From: Antechinus flavipes
Taxonomy: Eukaryota
Assembly (NCBI RefSeq): GCF_016432865.1
Contig: NC_067400.1
Coordinates: 635,128,001-635,192,000 of the forward strand
Reading direction: 5' to 3'
Length of the DNA: 64,000 nucleotides
The position numbers and the translations under genes were made by a program. Numbering within the stretch: position 1 is the stretch's first letter; every line of letters starts with the position of its first letter. Positions 25,301 through 39,795 of this stretch are shown here, piece by piece. Below the pieces are notes generated by a model, which was not told the origin of the DNA, ran no database searches, and saw only the letters and a list, made by a program, of their open reading frames with translations.

Positions 25301-25489
25301 GCTATTCTGCGTTTTGCTCAGGCAGTGGGGGTTAAGTGACTTGCCCGGGGTCACACAGCTAGGAAGTGTAAGTGTCTGAGGTCCTCCCGACTTCAGGGCT
25401 GGTGGCCACTTAGCTGCCCCAGGGTGGCTGTTTTAAACCAAACTTGCTTTCTTTCCTTCGGGATTTGGTTATTGTCGGGTAGAAATGCT

Positions 25490-26420
25490 GAGTTGTGAGC
25501 CTCCTTGAGTTCCCACCCTTCTCTCTGCGGTGCAGATGGCTCTCTCCATCACAAGCTCTTTGGAACTGGCCTGGATCATCTCATTGTTGAAAAGAGCCAT
25601 GAGCTGATCGTTACACAATCTTGTTGTTGCCAGTACAATGATCTCCTGGTTCTGCTCACCTCACTCAGCATCAGTTCCTGTAAGTCTCTCCAGGCCTTTC
25701 GGAAAGCATCCTGCTGGTCATTCCTTACAGAACAATAATATTCCATAACATTCATATACCACAATTTACCCAGCCATTCTCCAATTGTGGGCATCCATTC
25801 ATTTTCCAGTTTCTAGCCACTACAAACAGGGCGGCCACAAACATTTTGGCACATACAGGTCCCTTTCCCTTCTTTAGTATCTCTTTGGGGTATAAGCCCA
25901 GTAGTAGCACTGATGGATCAAAGGGGATGCACAGTTTGATAACTTTTGGGGCATAGTTCCAGATTGGTCTCTAGAAGGGTTGGATCAATTCACAGCTCCA
26001 CCAACAATGCACCAGTGTCCCAGTTTCCCCACATCTCCAACATTCATCATTACCTTTTCCTATCATCTTGGCTAATATGAGAGTGTGTAGTGATATCTCA
26101 GAGTTATCTTAATTTGCATTTCTCTGATCAATAATGATTTAGAGCACCTCATATGATTAGAAATGGTTTTAATTTCTTCATCTGAAAATTGTTCATAAAC
26201 TTTGACCGTTTCTCAATTGGAGAATGGCTTGGATTCTTATACATTTCAGTCAATTCTCTATCGTTTCTTATAGAACAATAATATCCCATTACCTTCACTT
26301 ATCACAATTTATTTACTCATTCCCCAGCTGTTGTGCATCCCTTCAGTTTCCAGCTCCTTGCCACCACAGAAAGGGCTGCCACAAACATTTTTGCACATGT
26401 GAATCCCTTTGTCTTAAAGC
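25490..26420 (-). mobile_element. Marsupial-type L1 fragments (ORF2 C-terminus/3'UTR)
   Basis: PTIGEWLGKLWYMNVMEYYCSVRNDQQDAFRKAWRDLQELMLSEVSRTRRSLY, the same peptide family as ORF 62791-63069. Confidence 0.85.
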
Positions 26421-26449
26421 ACAGGAATGACTATGTAATTCCTCCCACT

Positions 26450-26945
26450 CCATTAAGTAAAGTAGCTCCCTATCACCTCCAGGAACCAAAGACCGAATCC
26501 TCTGCTTGACATTCGAAGCCCTTCCTGACCTTTTCAGTCTTCTGATCCCTTCTTCTTTCCCTGTCCTCCAACTCTCTGATTCAGTCACACTGGCTTTTGT
26601 ACTGTTCCTCACCCGTAGACTCCTTTTCCCCAGCCAGCTGTCCCTCATGCCCAGAACACTCTCCATCTCAGTCTCTTGACTTCCCCGATCCACTTCAGAA
26701 TCCAGCTAAAATCTCACCTTATGCAGGAAGCCCTTCCTCGTCTCTCTTAATTCCAGTGACTTCTCTCTGGGAATTCTCTCTCATTTATCCTGCCTCTTAT
26801 TTGTCTCTCTGCTTGCCTTCTCTTATGAGCTCGGGAGCTCCTCAAGGGCAGGAACTGTGTTTTCCTTTTTCTTTATTTCCGCAGCACTTAGTATGGTGCC
26901 TGACATACAAGAGACTATTAATAAATGCTTATTGAGTTACTCACT
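26450..26945. mobile_element. L2 LINE 3' fragment
   Basis: Ends with gcacttagtatggtgcctgacatac...ttaataaatgcttattga, an L2 tail. Confidence 0.6.
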
Positions 26946-27547
26946 ATTGAGTGGCTGACTTACTTGGATGCCCATCTGTGACCCTCTCCACTTTCCCTCC
27001 CACCTGGGACCTTGCCCAGGCCATGCATATCACCAAACTCTATCAGGTATCTGGGAACCTGCCATCGGTTTGTCATCTATCAATAAATCTGTCATCAACC
27101 TCCTTAGAAAGAAAGAGGTTGTTGGCGTGAGTGGGATCCCTATGGGCTAGGGTTCTGCAGGTCCCGGGTGCCTCCTTCCCCTCCTATCTTATTTTCATCA
27201 TCTGTGAAGGGGGAGGCTCTGGTCATCCTGCTCCAACACGCACATCTCCTGCCTCAGTATCCTGGCAGGCAAGTCCTGGGTGGCCACGCCCTACACGGCA
27301 GAGTCCCCTGAACTCCTTCTCTGGGAGCTTCCATTGGCTTGCTTTGCTGATCTCAGCACCACGGCCAGAGCCGGCCTCAGCCTGTTCCTTAAGCGGCACT
27401 TTTCCAGTCTGGACGCTAAGCTTTACTAAGCAAAGAAAAAATCCCTTCAATTCAAGGAGGATACCTGAAACATCAGCACAAGCATGGCAAGAGGAAGAAA
27501 AAGAGAGCGGAAGCACAATGGAGGAAGAACAAGACACTGGGAATAAC

Positions 27548-27880
27548 CGGAGGAAGCAATGAGAAGGAGCCTCCCTGAGGAAGCAAAGAGGAGACTCCTG
27601 GAGAAGGCAACAAGGCGCCTCCCTAAGGAAGCAACGAGAAGGAGCCTCCCTGAGGAAGCAAAGAGGAGACTCCTGGAGAAGGCAACAAGGAGCCTCCCTA
27701 AGGAAGCAACGAGAAGGAGCCTCCTTGAGGAAGCAATGAGGAGACTCCTGGAGAAGGCAACAAGGAGCCTCCCTAAGAAAGGAATGAGAAGGAGCCTCCT
27801 TGAGGAAGCAATGAGGAGACTCCTGGAGAAGGCAACAAGGAGCCTCCCTAAGAAAGGAATGAGAAGGAGCCTCCCAGAGG
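27548..27880. repeat. Purine-rich tandem repeat with 75-bp higher-order period
   Basis: The peptide repeat RRSLPEEAKRRLLEKATRSLPKEAT has a 25-aa period in ORF 27559-28059. Confidence 0.9.
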
Positions 27881-29899
27881 AGGCTACCATCATTGACTCT
27901 CAGAGTCACCTGCAGAGTCCAATGGCAAAGACACCGAGAGAGGGTGCTCCAGGCAGGGGGACACTGGGCCAAGGGCAAAGGGACACAAGGCCAGAATCAG
28001 AATGGTGGGTTTGGCTGGAACCTGGAGTACATGAAACTGAGGTATGTTTGGAAAGGTGATTGGGAGGCAGATCACGGCTGAGGAGCAATCCTCCCTTTGA
28101 TCCCAGAGGCACAGAGGAGCTGTTGAAGGAGGCTTCTGGACATGCAAAGCTGGTCATGGTCTGATTTGTGCCTTAGAAAGACCATGTGGGACTGTGTGAA
28201 GGGTCAGAAGCAGAGAAAGCAAACAGGAGGCTGAGCCTTAATCCAGCAGAGAAACAAAAAAAGGCTGGAGGCCCCACGGATCATCCTCTGTGGCAGTGGA
28301 GAAAAAAGGGATAGAACAAGGAGAGATGTGGAGGCTGAATGGGCAAGGCCAAGAGGCCTTCATAATGTGCAGGGGATGAACTACTGTAAATGAAGATGGA
28401 GAGTCATTCAGTGCTCATATTCACATGGGAGCATGCAGAAGACGAGCAAGCTCATTCGCTGGCTTGGGATGAAATCTGAGCCTCCATTGGCAGACAGACT
28501 CTCGCCCAGCCGAGCCTCCCACCCCATCCCGGCTCCTTTGGGTAGGTTGGCCTAAGACGATGGCAGCATCCTCATCGTGCCGGAGACCTGTGGAACTGCC
28601 TGATCTTGGAGGGGCCAAACCTCCCTTCGGTGCAAGATGGCAGCAACCATGGTAGGGTGAGCTGGAACGGACCCTGCAGCCCATTTGAATTTTCACTCAG
28701 TGTCAGAGATGCACATCACCAAACTCCATCAGGTATCCATAAACCTGCCAGCAGTTTGTCATCTATCAATAAATCCAGCATCACCCACCTCTCAGGTTAT
28801 AAACCTCAAACTGAATAACCTTTCTACTATCTGCAAATCTCCCAATTTATCACCCATCTATTCATCTGCCATCTGGTTGTCTCTGTTTCTCTCCCTTTTC
28901 TGGCTGTCTCTCTGTGCTTGTCTCTCTCCTTCTCTACCCATTTAAGTTTCTTGTGAAAGTCTCTTCCACTTCCACCCAAGGCCTCCTCAGCTTGTCATTG
29001 AGGTTGTCACGTGAACGAAGAACAGGAAGGACACCCTAATTTCAGAATGATGAAATTATTCTGGAAATCCTGGGACAGTTGTTGCCCTTAAGAAACTTCC
29101 ATGTAACTGGTGAGGAGAGTTAGGGTTACAGAGGCAGAGACTTCTTTCTCATACCTGGTGAGTCTGCAATACCTACAGGGGGTCCAGGTGGCCTCAAAGG
29201 CCCTCCAAAATCTCAGGAGAGAGCCGAGACTTGGCAAGGAGAGATGGTGGGAGCCCTGGGCAGGCAGTGGGGGGAGGGGGGATACAGGAAATGGAAAAGA
29301 ATGGGGCCACTTATGGGTTGGGATAAGTCTGATGGGGAAAGAGACAGCTGTTTGTCTAAGATGGGGAAAAAGGGGAGCTGAGGGAGGTATCAGGGAGCAG
29401 AGGGTACCTTTCCAGCAGGAAAGGCTGGAGATTTGGATGTAGCCACCCTTCGGGCTTATTTTTTACTTTACTACTTTATTACAAGGAAAGCTCTGGGGGT
29501 ATAGGGGGGGTGGAGAAGGGGACACAGCAGATTCCCAGGATTCTGAGAGGATGAGAGCAGCTCCTGGGAGAGATCGACAAGGGAAAATATTCCTGGAGTC
29601 ACAGTCCCAAAAGAAATGGTTTCTATTCCCTGACAAAAGGGTCCCCTACTTCTCTGTTCACTGGCCCCCAGCTTTCCATTCCCCTGTAGGTAGCACCTTT
29701 GTTTCAGGAAGGATAAAACGCCATCCCCCATCTCTGGGATACTGCATGGGGGGAGTATCTCTGGGGACACTACACCTCAAGTGCTCATACCTGGTAGGAC
29801 TGGACAGACCTCTGTCTCTACCCTTCTATGCCCTTCATTTTTCCTGAAAGTATGTCTAGCTGGGCAACTCCTCCAATGACAAAAACCGCCCACTCTTCT

Positions 29900-30135
29900 C
29901 TAGTCTCAAAATTTCCGCTCCAAAATGAGTGGATATTCTGAAAGGACTGAACCCCGACACTCAGTGCTTTCCCTGGGCTTCTCTCCCTGCTGAATTCTCT
30001 GTTTCCCAAAGGCTGCAGGCATTTCCACTTTGGGAGCAGTCCTGGTTTTCTCCCCAGTGTAAATCCTCTGATGTTTTATAAGGCATGGGCCCCTCATGAA
30101 GACTTTCCCAGTCACTCCCTTCAAAGGGGTCTCTG
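29900..30135 (-). pseudogene. Degenerate C2H2 zinc-finger exon remnant
   Basis: LIKHQRIYTGEK and QRIQQGEKP linker relics, without intact Cys pairs. Confidence 0.55.
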
Positions 30136-30569
30136 TCCTGTGAGAACTTTCTGATGCTGGATCACGGTTGGGCTCACCTGATGGTCCTTGATTCTCTAGC
30201 ACTGGAGCAGGAGGGGCATCACAGAACTGAAAGAAACCAGGAAAGTCGAAGTATCCATACAGGCCAGGGACAAGTAAGGAAAGGAGAAGGATGTCTGAAG
30301 CAGGAAGAGAGGGAATGAGCTGGCCAAAGGTACGATGGTAGCTTGTTCCCCAAGCTTGATTCTGCAGTCACATGAACTGCTTGCTTCCAGGAAAGTGTCA
30401 GGAAGTTCCAGGTAAGAGTCCAAGGCAATGGGGTGGGGACCATGGAGAAGAAGGTCCATCTGGTCCAATCCTCTCATTCTTCCAGAGGCAGAAACTCAGC
30501 CCTGGCTTAGTACCTGTGTTCTGGGCACTAGGAATACAAATATGGTGGTGAAGAAGCACAGTGAATAGA

Positions 30570-30790
30570 GCACTTGCTTGATTCAATAAGACCCAAGTTC
30601 AAAGTCAGCCTCGGATACTATATTTTGTGTGACCCTGAACAAGTCACGGAGCTTGTCTCCTTCAGGTTCTTCGACTGTAAAATGGGATAATAGCAACTCC
30701 CTCCTAGAGTTGTTGTGAAGATCAGTAGGAGCATATCTATAAAATGCTTAGCGCAGCGCCTGGCACATGGTAGGCGCTCAGTGCATGCTC
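30570..30790 (+). mobile_element. MIR/core-SINE fragment
   Basis: gacccaagttcaaag...tgtgtgaccctgaacaagtca...ctgtaaaatgggataatag...gttgttgtgaagatca. Confidence 0.65.
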
Positions 30791-30879
30791 CTTTTCCCCC
30801 ATTTTGAACAGCCCGGAGCCCCAGTTTCCCCCATCAGCCCTCATAGTCAACAAGACATAGGTGGCCTTGGGATTAAAGG

Positions 30880-31600
30880 GAAAGGTGTGAAAAGGGGGAG
30901 CGCTCGGGATGATGGGACAGGAGGCCAGAGCGCCAGCGTAGAGGCCCGCTAAGTGCCGAGAACGGGGGAAATGTGGTCAGGAAAGTCCAGCAGGTGAGCC
31001 CGAGGCAGGGGGAAGAGCCCTCCGAGGGAGGGCGGCGCCTGTTAGCAGCTTGGAGCAGGTGGGAGGGAGGGAGAGAGCGGCAGTGGGCCCCGGATCCCTT
31101 GGAGTAGTGGGGAAGGAGGGAGCAGCAGCCCGGCCCCACGTCCCGGCGCCCCGTGCTCTCGCTTGGGGCAGATGAGAGGGAGGGAGCGGCAGCCGGCCCC
31201 AGATCCCAGCGCCCCGCGCTCCCCCTTGAAGAGGATCCCGGCGCCCCGCGCTCTCGCTTGGAGCACGTGGGAGGGAGGGAGAGCTGCAGCCGGCCCCGGA
31301 TCCCTTGGAGTAGGGGGGAAGGAGGGAGGGAGGCGCAGCCGGCCCCGGGTCCCTTGGAGTAGGTGGGAGGGTGGGAGGGAGCTGCCGCCGGCCTCGGGTC
31401 CCGGCGCCCCGCGCTCCCGCTTGGAGCAGGTGGGAGGGAGGGAGCTGCAGCCGGTCCCGGGTCCCGGCGCCCCGCGCTCCCGCTTGGAGCAGGTGGGAGG
31501 GAGGGAGCTGCAGCCGGCCCCGGATCCCTTGGAGTAGGGGGGAAGGAGGGAGGGAGCGGCAGCCGGCCCCGGGTCCCGGCGCCCCGCCATCTCAGAGCCC
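30880..31600. promoter_or_regulatory. CpG island containing a GC-rich VNTR (31060-31590); target gene not identified
   Basis: High CpG density, repeated GCAGCCGGCCCCGGATCCCTTGGAGTAGG units, plus-strand donor CAG|gtgagc at 30993. Confidence 0.55.
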
Positions 31601-34600
31601 TCCTGACTTACAGCTCGGAAACCCCCTTGGGACCCGACAACTAGCGCTTGCCCACAGGAGAGCGAGCACAGGCGGTAAGGAAGGCTGCAGGGTAGGAAGA
31701 AGGCTGTGATGGGGGAAAGCCAGTGCTGAAGGCAAGTCCCGGAGGAGCCCAGATGGCAGCATCTCTTTTGGAGGCTTCTGGGAAGTCGGGCAGAAGCAGT
31801 GTAAGGGCACTTCCCAAGGAGCGCACATGATTACGAGGCTGACCTCTGATCTGGACCTGAGAAAAAGATTGCCTTTCAATCGCTTAACCTCGTTTGCCTC
31901 AGTTTCCTTCTCTGTTAATGGAGAGATGGCAAAGTGCTGTAGCAGCTTTGCCAAGAAAAGCCCCAAAGGGAGCACAGAGCGGCTCCGACTCTCACCCTGA
32001 CCCTAAATGCCCGCTGTGACGAGGGTGTCTGAGGGTTTGGGACGGCCGCCACTTCTCAGGAATGGCAGCCTGGGAGCGCAGTACTTCTAGGGAGAAGCCT
32101 GGCCCTGGATTCGAACCCTGGATGGCTGGAAAATCGCTGTGACCTTTAGGCAATCTTGTCCCAGTCTCCTTAAAGGAACTCGCTGTCTTTTGTCCCAAAC
32201 TCTCCCCTTTCCACAGGCTGCATTTGAACTCGGTCCTAGCGACTCCAGGACAATGGGCAAACTAAGGGAAGACGGCAGGCGAGATGGTCCAGTCCTGCCT
32301 CGGATGTGGGGCTCTGGGCAGCCTGGTCCCTTCCCTCTTGCCCCACCTCCCCCAGTGGTAGACTGGATGGGAGGGCCTTCCCACTAAGGCCTTAGGACTT
32401 CAGGCTCACTGGAGAGTAAGTCAGGACCCCCAGGACCTCCATCACTGTAGCCTCGGCAGCCGGGCCTGCATCCTGAGACGAGGTCCCAACGTCCATCTGG
32501 GCTCAGCCCCAAATCCTGCGCTGGTGCCCCTCTGTGCCAGGTCCGGGGTCTCTCCCAGTGAACAGGTGCTCTGGAGGCCCTCAAGGAAGTGCTCCCCGGC
32601 CTTCCCAGGAGCTCAGCATTCCCAGCTGCCCTGATTCTTCATCTAAAAGTCCAGTCTCAACAGCATAGGGTGAAGACTGGCGACAATCCGCCAGGGGCTC
32701 TGGGCGGCCCCATGTTTGGCCGTCCCCCCTTAGTCAGGACAGCAGAGGCTTTCCCTTCCCCTCTCCCTTCTGACAATCACAGGGAGTGGCCCCCAAAAGA
32801 ACACTATTCAATAAATGTGCATGTATTAAGCGTCCACTGCTGGGTGGGCACACAGTAAGCATTTAATATATGTTCATGGACTGCCCGAGTGACTGACTCC
32901 AATGTACAAGACCCGGGCTTGCTTCTGAGAAGGGGACCAAAAAGGCAGCCCCGTGCCCTCAGGAAGTCACACAGACACAGCTGAGCCAATCGTGCCCGGG
33001 GTGGGGGCGCTGCCACAGAGAAACTGGCAGGTCTGGGCGACCCTTGGGCCCAGGGAAGAGCAGGGGAGGTACCCCTCCCCACTCTACCACTAAGGACTTC
33101 CTGGGACTCTGAGCTCCTCCTGCTGCATCGGGGCCTGGAGATGGAGCCCCCAGACCCCCACACAAGGACCCACAGTTAGCCACCCCCAACTCCCCAAAGA
33201 AAAGACTGCTCCTGGAACCGCTGAGCCTGGCACTCAGTGGGCGCTTCATAAATGCTGGCTCCATTGCTTTCTGCTCACAACCTGGAGACTCCCAGGGGCG
33301 CTCACCTCTCCCAGAGCTTTGATACCCTCCCTCAAGGGCGAGGAATGTCTTCCCGCTTCTGTGCCCTGACCTTCCTCTCTAAGAATGGCACAGAAATTGG
33401 TGCCCCAGCCCCTGCTGGGGCCTGCCGTGGGGTGCACCGGGGAGGGGGCTGAGCTAGAGGGGAGGAGCCGTGGCTGCCCTAGGACGAAGGTGACTGGCAA
33501 TCTCCGAACCCACCCAAACCTCTGAACCTAGGACCTTCTTCCCCTCTGAGATATCACCAGTTTCCCATCCCCACAAGGAGTCTGCTCCCAGGGAACAAAT
33601 ACAGAAATGACCAAGGCAGGAATGACCCTCTGCACAGAGCAATAGGGAGCCACAGCAGTTTCTGGGGCAGGGGAGTGTACCCAAGGGCCCCCAGAGTGAA
33701 AGATTACTGGGAAATGAGGGAGGAGAAAGGAGGAGGATGGGGAAGAGAGGACAAAGAAAAAGAAGAGGGAAAAGGGGAGAAAGAAAGGGAGGAAGAGGGG
33801 GAAGAAGAAAGAGGAGAGGCAGGAGGAAGGGAAAGAAGAGGGCTTGGGGGTTCTCAGAGAGAACCTCCGGGGTCCTCTGAGCCAAGCTGCTTTCCACCGG
33901 CATCCTGTCCCCCATCCCAAGCCAAGGCCCATTTGCCACACTCTAGGCCTCGTGCTCTCGATGGGCAGGGAGAGCCCCCGTTTTGGGATCTCAACCTCCG
34001 AGGGGACCTTTGAAGAAAGCTGGGCGTCCTCAGGCACAAAGGTGGGGAAGTGTGCGTTCCGGGCTTGGCGGACAGGCCGCGATGGGGTGGGACCTGAGAT
34101 CAGGGGGCTCTCCTTTCTCAGAGGCTTCCAGCAGAAGCTGGCCTACCACCAGTATTGGGCTTGTGACATTGTAGGGAGGATTGCCTGTGGTTTGTCATCA
34201 GTCTTAGACCTTGCTCCTTTGTTCCTTGTGATCAGGATTATCTTGGGGGGGAGGGGCAAAGGAAAATAATTAAAAAGGAGAATCAATCCAATTTTCATTA
34301 ATGTGACTTCTAAATTTCCAACCACAGCCAGGAAGCATGGAAGATGTTCACAGCGCTCATAAGCAGCTGGGCGGTCCACTCCACAGAACATTACTAGGCC
34401 TAGAGTTCCGATTCTGCCTCCGACACTTACCCAGCTGTATAACCCTGGGCAGGACACTTAACCACCATCTACCTCAGGTTCCTCATCTATAAAATGGGGG
34501 TGGCACCAGCCTCGCATGGTTTTGATAAGAATAAAATGGAAGCCCCCCCGGGGGCTGCCTTGCGGCTCTAATTCACTTGCTACTAGACCACAGAGAAAGG

Positions 34601-35449
34601 ATTTGCGGCCATGCTGGAAGAGAAAGGACAGTGGGCTGGGTGCGTTTTTAACAAGCCATTTTACCCTAAACAAGCCCTGAATAACATCATGTCCTTGTAT
34701 GGGGTGCTGAAAAGCGTACACAGAGCCTTTCCTGATCCTGTCAATCAGTCGGTATACCCTGATCAACCTCTGGAGCAAAATGAGTACATGTTCCCATCAG
34801 CAGCTTCGGAAAATCACTTTGGTGGCTGGGTGAAGGGAGAGATTTAAAACAGCTCCCCACCACATCCAATCTACTTCCACGAGACGCTGACGTTAATTTT
34901 ACCATCATAACAGCAATCGTAAATAAGCATTCAGTAAGCACCGAGGATGTGCCAGCCACTGTGCTAAGTTCTGGGAAAGCTAAGAAAAACGAAAACCAGT
35001 GCCTTTCTTCAAGGAGCTTACATTCTCACGGGGAAAACATGTAAATACATGCAAACAGGCTAAATAGGAAATAACACGTAAGAATCTAGAATTAGCAAGG
35101 GCTTGGGAAAGCTCATTGTAGAAGGCGGGGTTTTAGTTGGGAGTGAGGTCTAAGAAGCTGCACACTAAGAGTGGCTTCGAATGGCAAACAGAACATTTTA
35201 CAGTTGATCTGGACGCGATGGTGAGCCACTGGAGTTTACCGGGAAGGAGGTGGCAGCCCCGTGCCTTGGAAAAGTCACTTTGGTGGCCAGAGAGGACTGA
35301 CTGGAGTGGGGAGACCCTGACGGCAGACATCCCCAGTCGATGTTGTTTAGGTGTGAGGTGATGAGGGTCTGTACCGGGGTGTGGGCAACCTTAGACAAGG
35401 GGCCGCGCTGGAGAGAAACTGCACAGGTGAAATCAACAGAGATGCAAAG

Positions 35450-35665
35450 GTGAAACTGACAGAGGCTGAAGAGTGAAACCGACAGAGGCCGAAGAGTGAA
35501 ACCGACAGAGGCCGAAGAGTGAAACCGACAGAGGCCGAAGAGTGAAACCGACAGAGGCCGAAGAGTGAAACCGACAGAGGCCGAAGAGTGAAACCGACAG
35601 AGGCCGAAGAGTGAAACCGACAGAGGCCGAAGAGTGAAACTGACAGAGGCCGAAGAGTGAAACCA
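35450..35665. repeat. 23-bp minisatellite GAAGAGTGAAACCGACAGAGGCC, about 9 near-perfect copies
   Basis: Direct repeats starting at 35468, 35491, 35514 and onward. Confidence 0.95.
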
Positions 35666-35709
35666 ACGGCCGCTGCCTGAGCCTGGGGGCTCCCGCGGAC
35701 CGGAGACCC

Positions 35710-36455
35710 TCCTGACTTCCTTCAAGTCCTAGTTAAAATAGCACCATCTAACCTCGCAGGGGATGCGGGAAAACGGCGCAACTGGGAACAGATGCAGCCA
35801 TTCTGGAGAGCAATCTGGAATGATGCCCAAAAGTCATCCAACTGCTCCTGCAAAGCACCCTTGGCTCCAGCAGTGCTACCCCTTATGCCCAAAGCGAGAC
35901 CACCCAAGGGAAAGGGACCCGCATGTGCTGCAGTGTTTGTGGCGGCCGAAACGGAGTGGGTGCCCATCAAGGGGAGAAGGGCTGGGTAAGCCGGGAATGT
36001 TCTGGAACACAAGAACTGATGCTGAGCGAAATGAGCAGGACCAGGAGATCATCGGACACCACAGCGAGACTACCACGAATCACGCGGCTCTCTTCCACAA
36101 TGAGGGGATTCAAACCAGTTCCGATGGTTCAGCGAGAGGACAGTGGGAACCGAGTGTGGACCACAACATAGCATTGTTGTTTGCTTGCATTTTGTTTCCT
36201 TTTGCAGTTTCTCTTCTTCCTTCTTGATCTGATTTTTGCTGCACAAGATAATTGTATAAACAGGTACACACATAATGGGTTTGAGATATATTTTAACATA
36301 TTTAATGTACTGGACTACCGGCCATCTAGGGGAGGGGGGAAGGAGGGGAACATTTGGAACAGAAGGTTTTGCAGGAATCAGTGCTGAAAAATTGCCCATG
36401 CATCCGTTTCGTAAATAAAAAAAACTTTAATTAATAAAAAGAGAAAAAGAAAAGA
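35710..36455 (+). mobile_element. 5'-truncated L1 (ORF2 end, 3'UTR, A-rich tail), GC-shifted
   Basis: gcagccattctggagagcaatctggaatgatgcccaaaag...ctgatgctgagcgaaatgagcaggacc...aaattgcccatgcat...taaataaaaaaaa. Confidence 0.85.
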
Positions 36456-36559
36456 AAATCCCACCGTCAGCAGAAAGACAGCTAAGCACCGGGGCTGGAA
36501 TAAGGAAGCCCCACGATCCCGATAGTCCTCTGCTGCGAAAGCTCCCCGGGGGCAGCCAG

Positions 36560-37200
36560 GGAATTCTCAGACCCCATTCATGGGGGGAAACTCCAGTTGG
36601 CCTCCCGAGCTTCCGCCTTGCCCGGTGCCCAGGACCCACCTGCCCAACGCCTTCTCTCGCCGCTTCTTTCTTGTCCGTCTCTCTCCGGTTAGAGAGGGAG
36701 CTTCCCAAAGGCAGGACCCCTCCCCGGCGCCCCCTCCCCCGATACACGCTTCCTGGGGGACGGGAGAACGGACGCCAGACCTCCCCCGGCGCGGTACCAG
36801 AAAACCACAGTGCGGCGCCGGAGGCCGGAAGCGGCCCGGAGAGGAGGGGGGGCCCGGGGCCCTGCAGGGGCGGGGGCTCGGGGCCACTGGAGGAAGGAGG
36901 GAAAGCCCGTGACGCAGCAGGGGAGGGGGCTCAGGGAAATTGGGGCATAAAGCTTTCCAAACGGCGGCTCCAGTCGCGGACGCATGCGCAGTCTCTAAGC
37001 CTGTGTCCCACGTGTTATTAGGAACGGGCTCCCGGCCTTTCCGGGTTGCCCAATACGCTTGCGCACGGTCGTCCCTAGGTGGCGACCCGGAAGCAATCGC
37101 GGCTCATATAAAGTCCGAGACCCCGCGGGCGCGGCCTCTTTCCTGTTCCGGCGCCTGAGTGAGGCGCGTGGAGTAAACGCGGCAGCACTTGCGACCCCCG
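36560..37200 (+). promoter_or_regulatory. RPS5: RPS5 CpG-island promoter, 5'-TOP start and non-coding exon 1
   Basis: NRF1-like CGCATGCGCA at 36981, ETS CCGGAAGC at 37087, TATA-like CATATAAA at 37105, pyrimidine tract CTCTTTCCTGTTCC at ~37136. Confidence 0.85.
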
Positions 37201-37479
37201 CGCCCGGCATCCGGAGACCTCCCCCTGCCCCGCGTGGACCGAGGACCGAGGACCGAGTGAGTGCGGGCCTTCGCGCCGCCTTTGCCCGGCGGCAGCCGCC
37301 CCCCGTGCCCCCCGCCCCAACACATTGCACGGGGGAAACTGAGGCACGAGCGGAGCCGCCCGCGGGAGAGGGCCGGAAGGTCGGGCTTTGAGTTTCCCAT
37401 CGGTCAGCGGCTTTGCTGGGGAGGGAAGGCATGTCCCCCCTGGGAGGACTCCCCCTCCCCCAACACCCTCGTACCTGGC

Positions 37480-39121
<1,642 letters not shown>

Positions 39122-39178
39122 TGAGGAGTCACCCCCTGCTCAGAGGAGAGGCATGAGGGGCCCCCACCCATCCTGTGA

Positions 39179-39788
<610 letters not shown>

Positions 39789-39789
39789 T

Positions 39790-39795
39790 AATAAA
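39790..39795 (+). terminator. RPS5: RPS5 polyadenylation signal
   Basis: AATAAA 20 nt after the stop codon. Confidence 0.9.

Noticed and set aside
32100-32170. Perfect Pol III B-box (GGTTCGAATCC, minus strand) suggesting a tRNA
   Set aside because: The context matches a MIR/core-SINE head, and no cloverleaf is evident.
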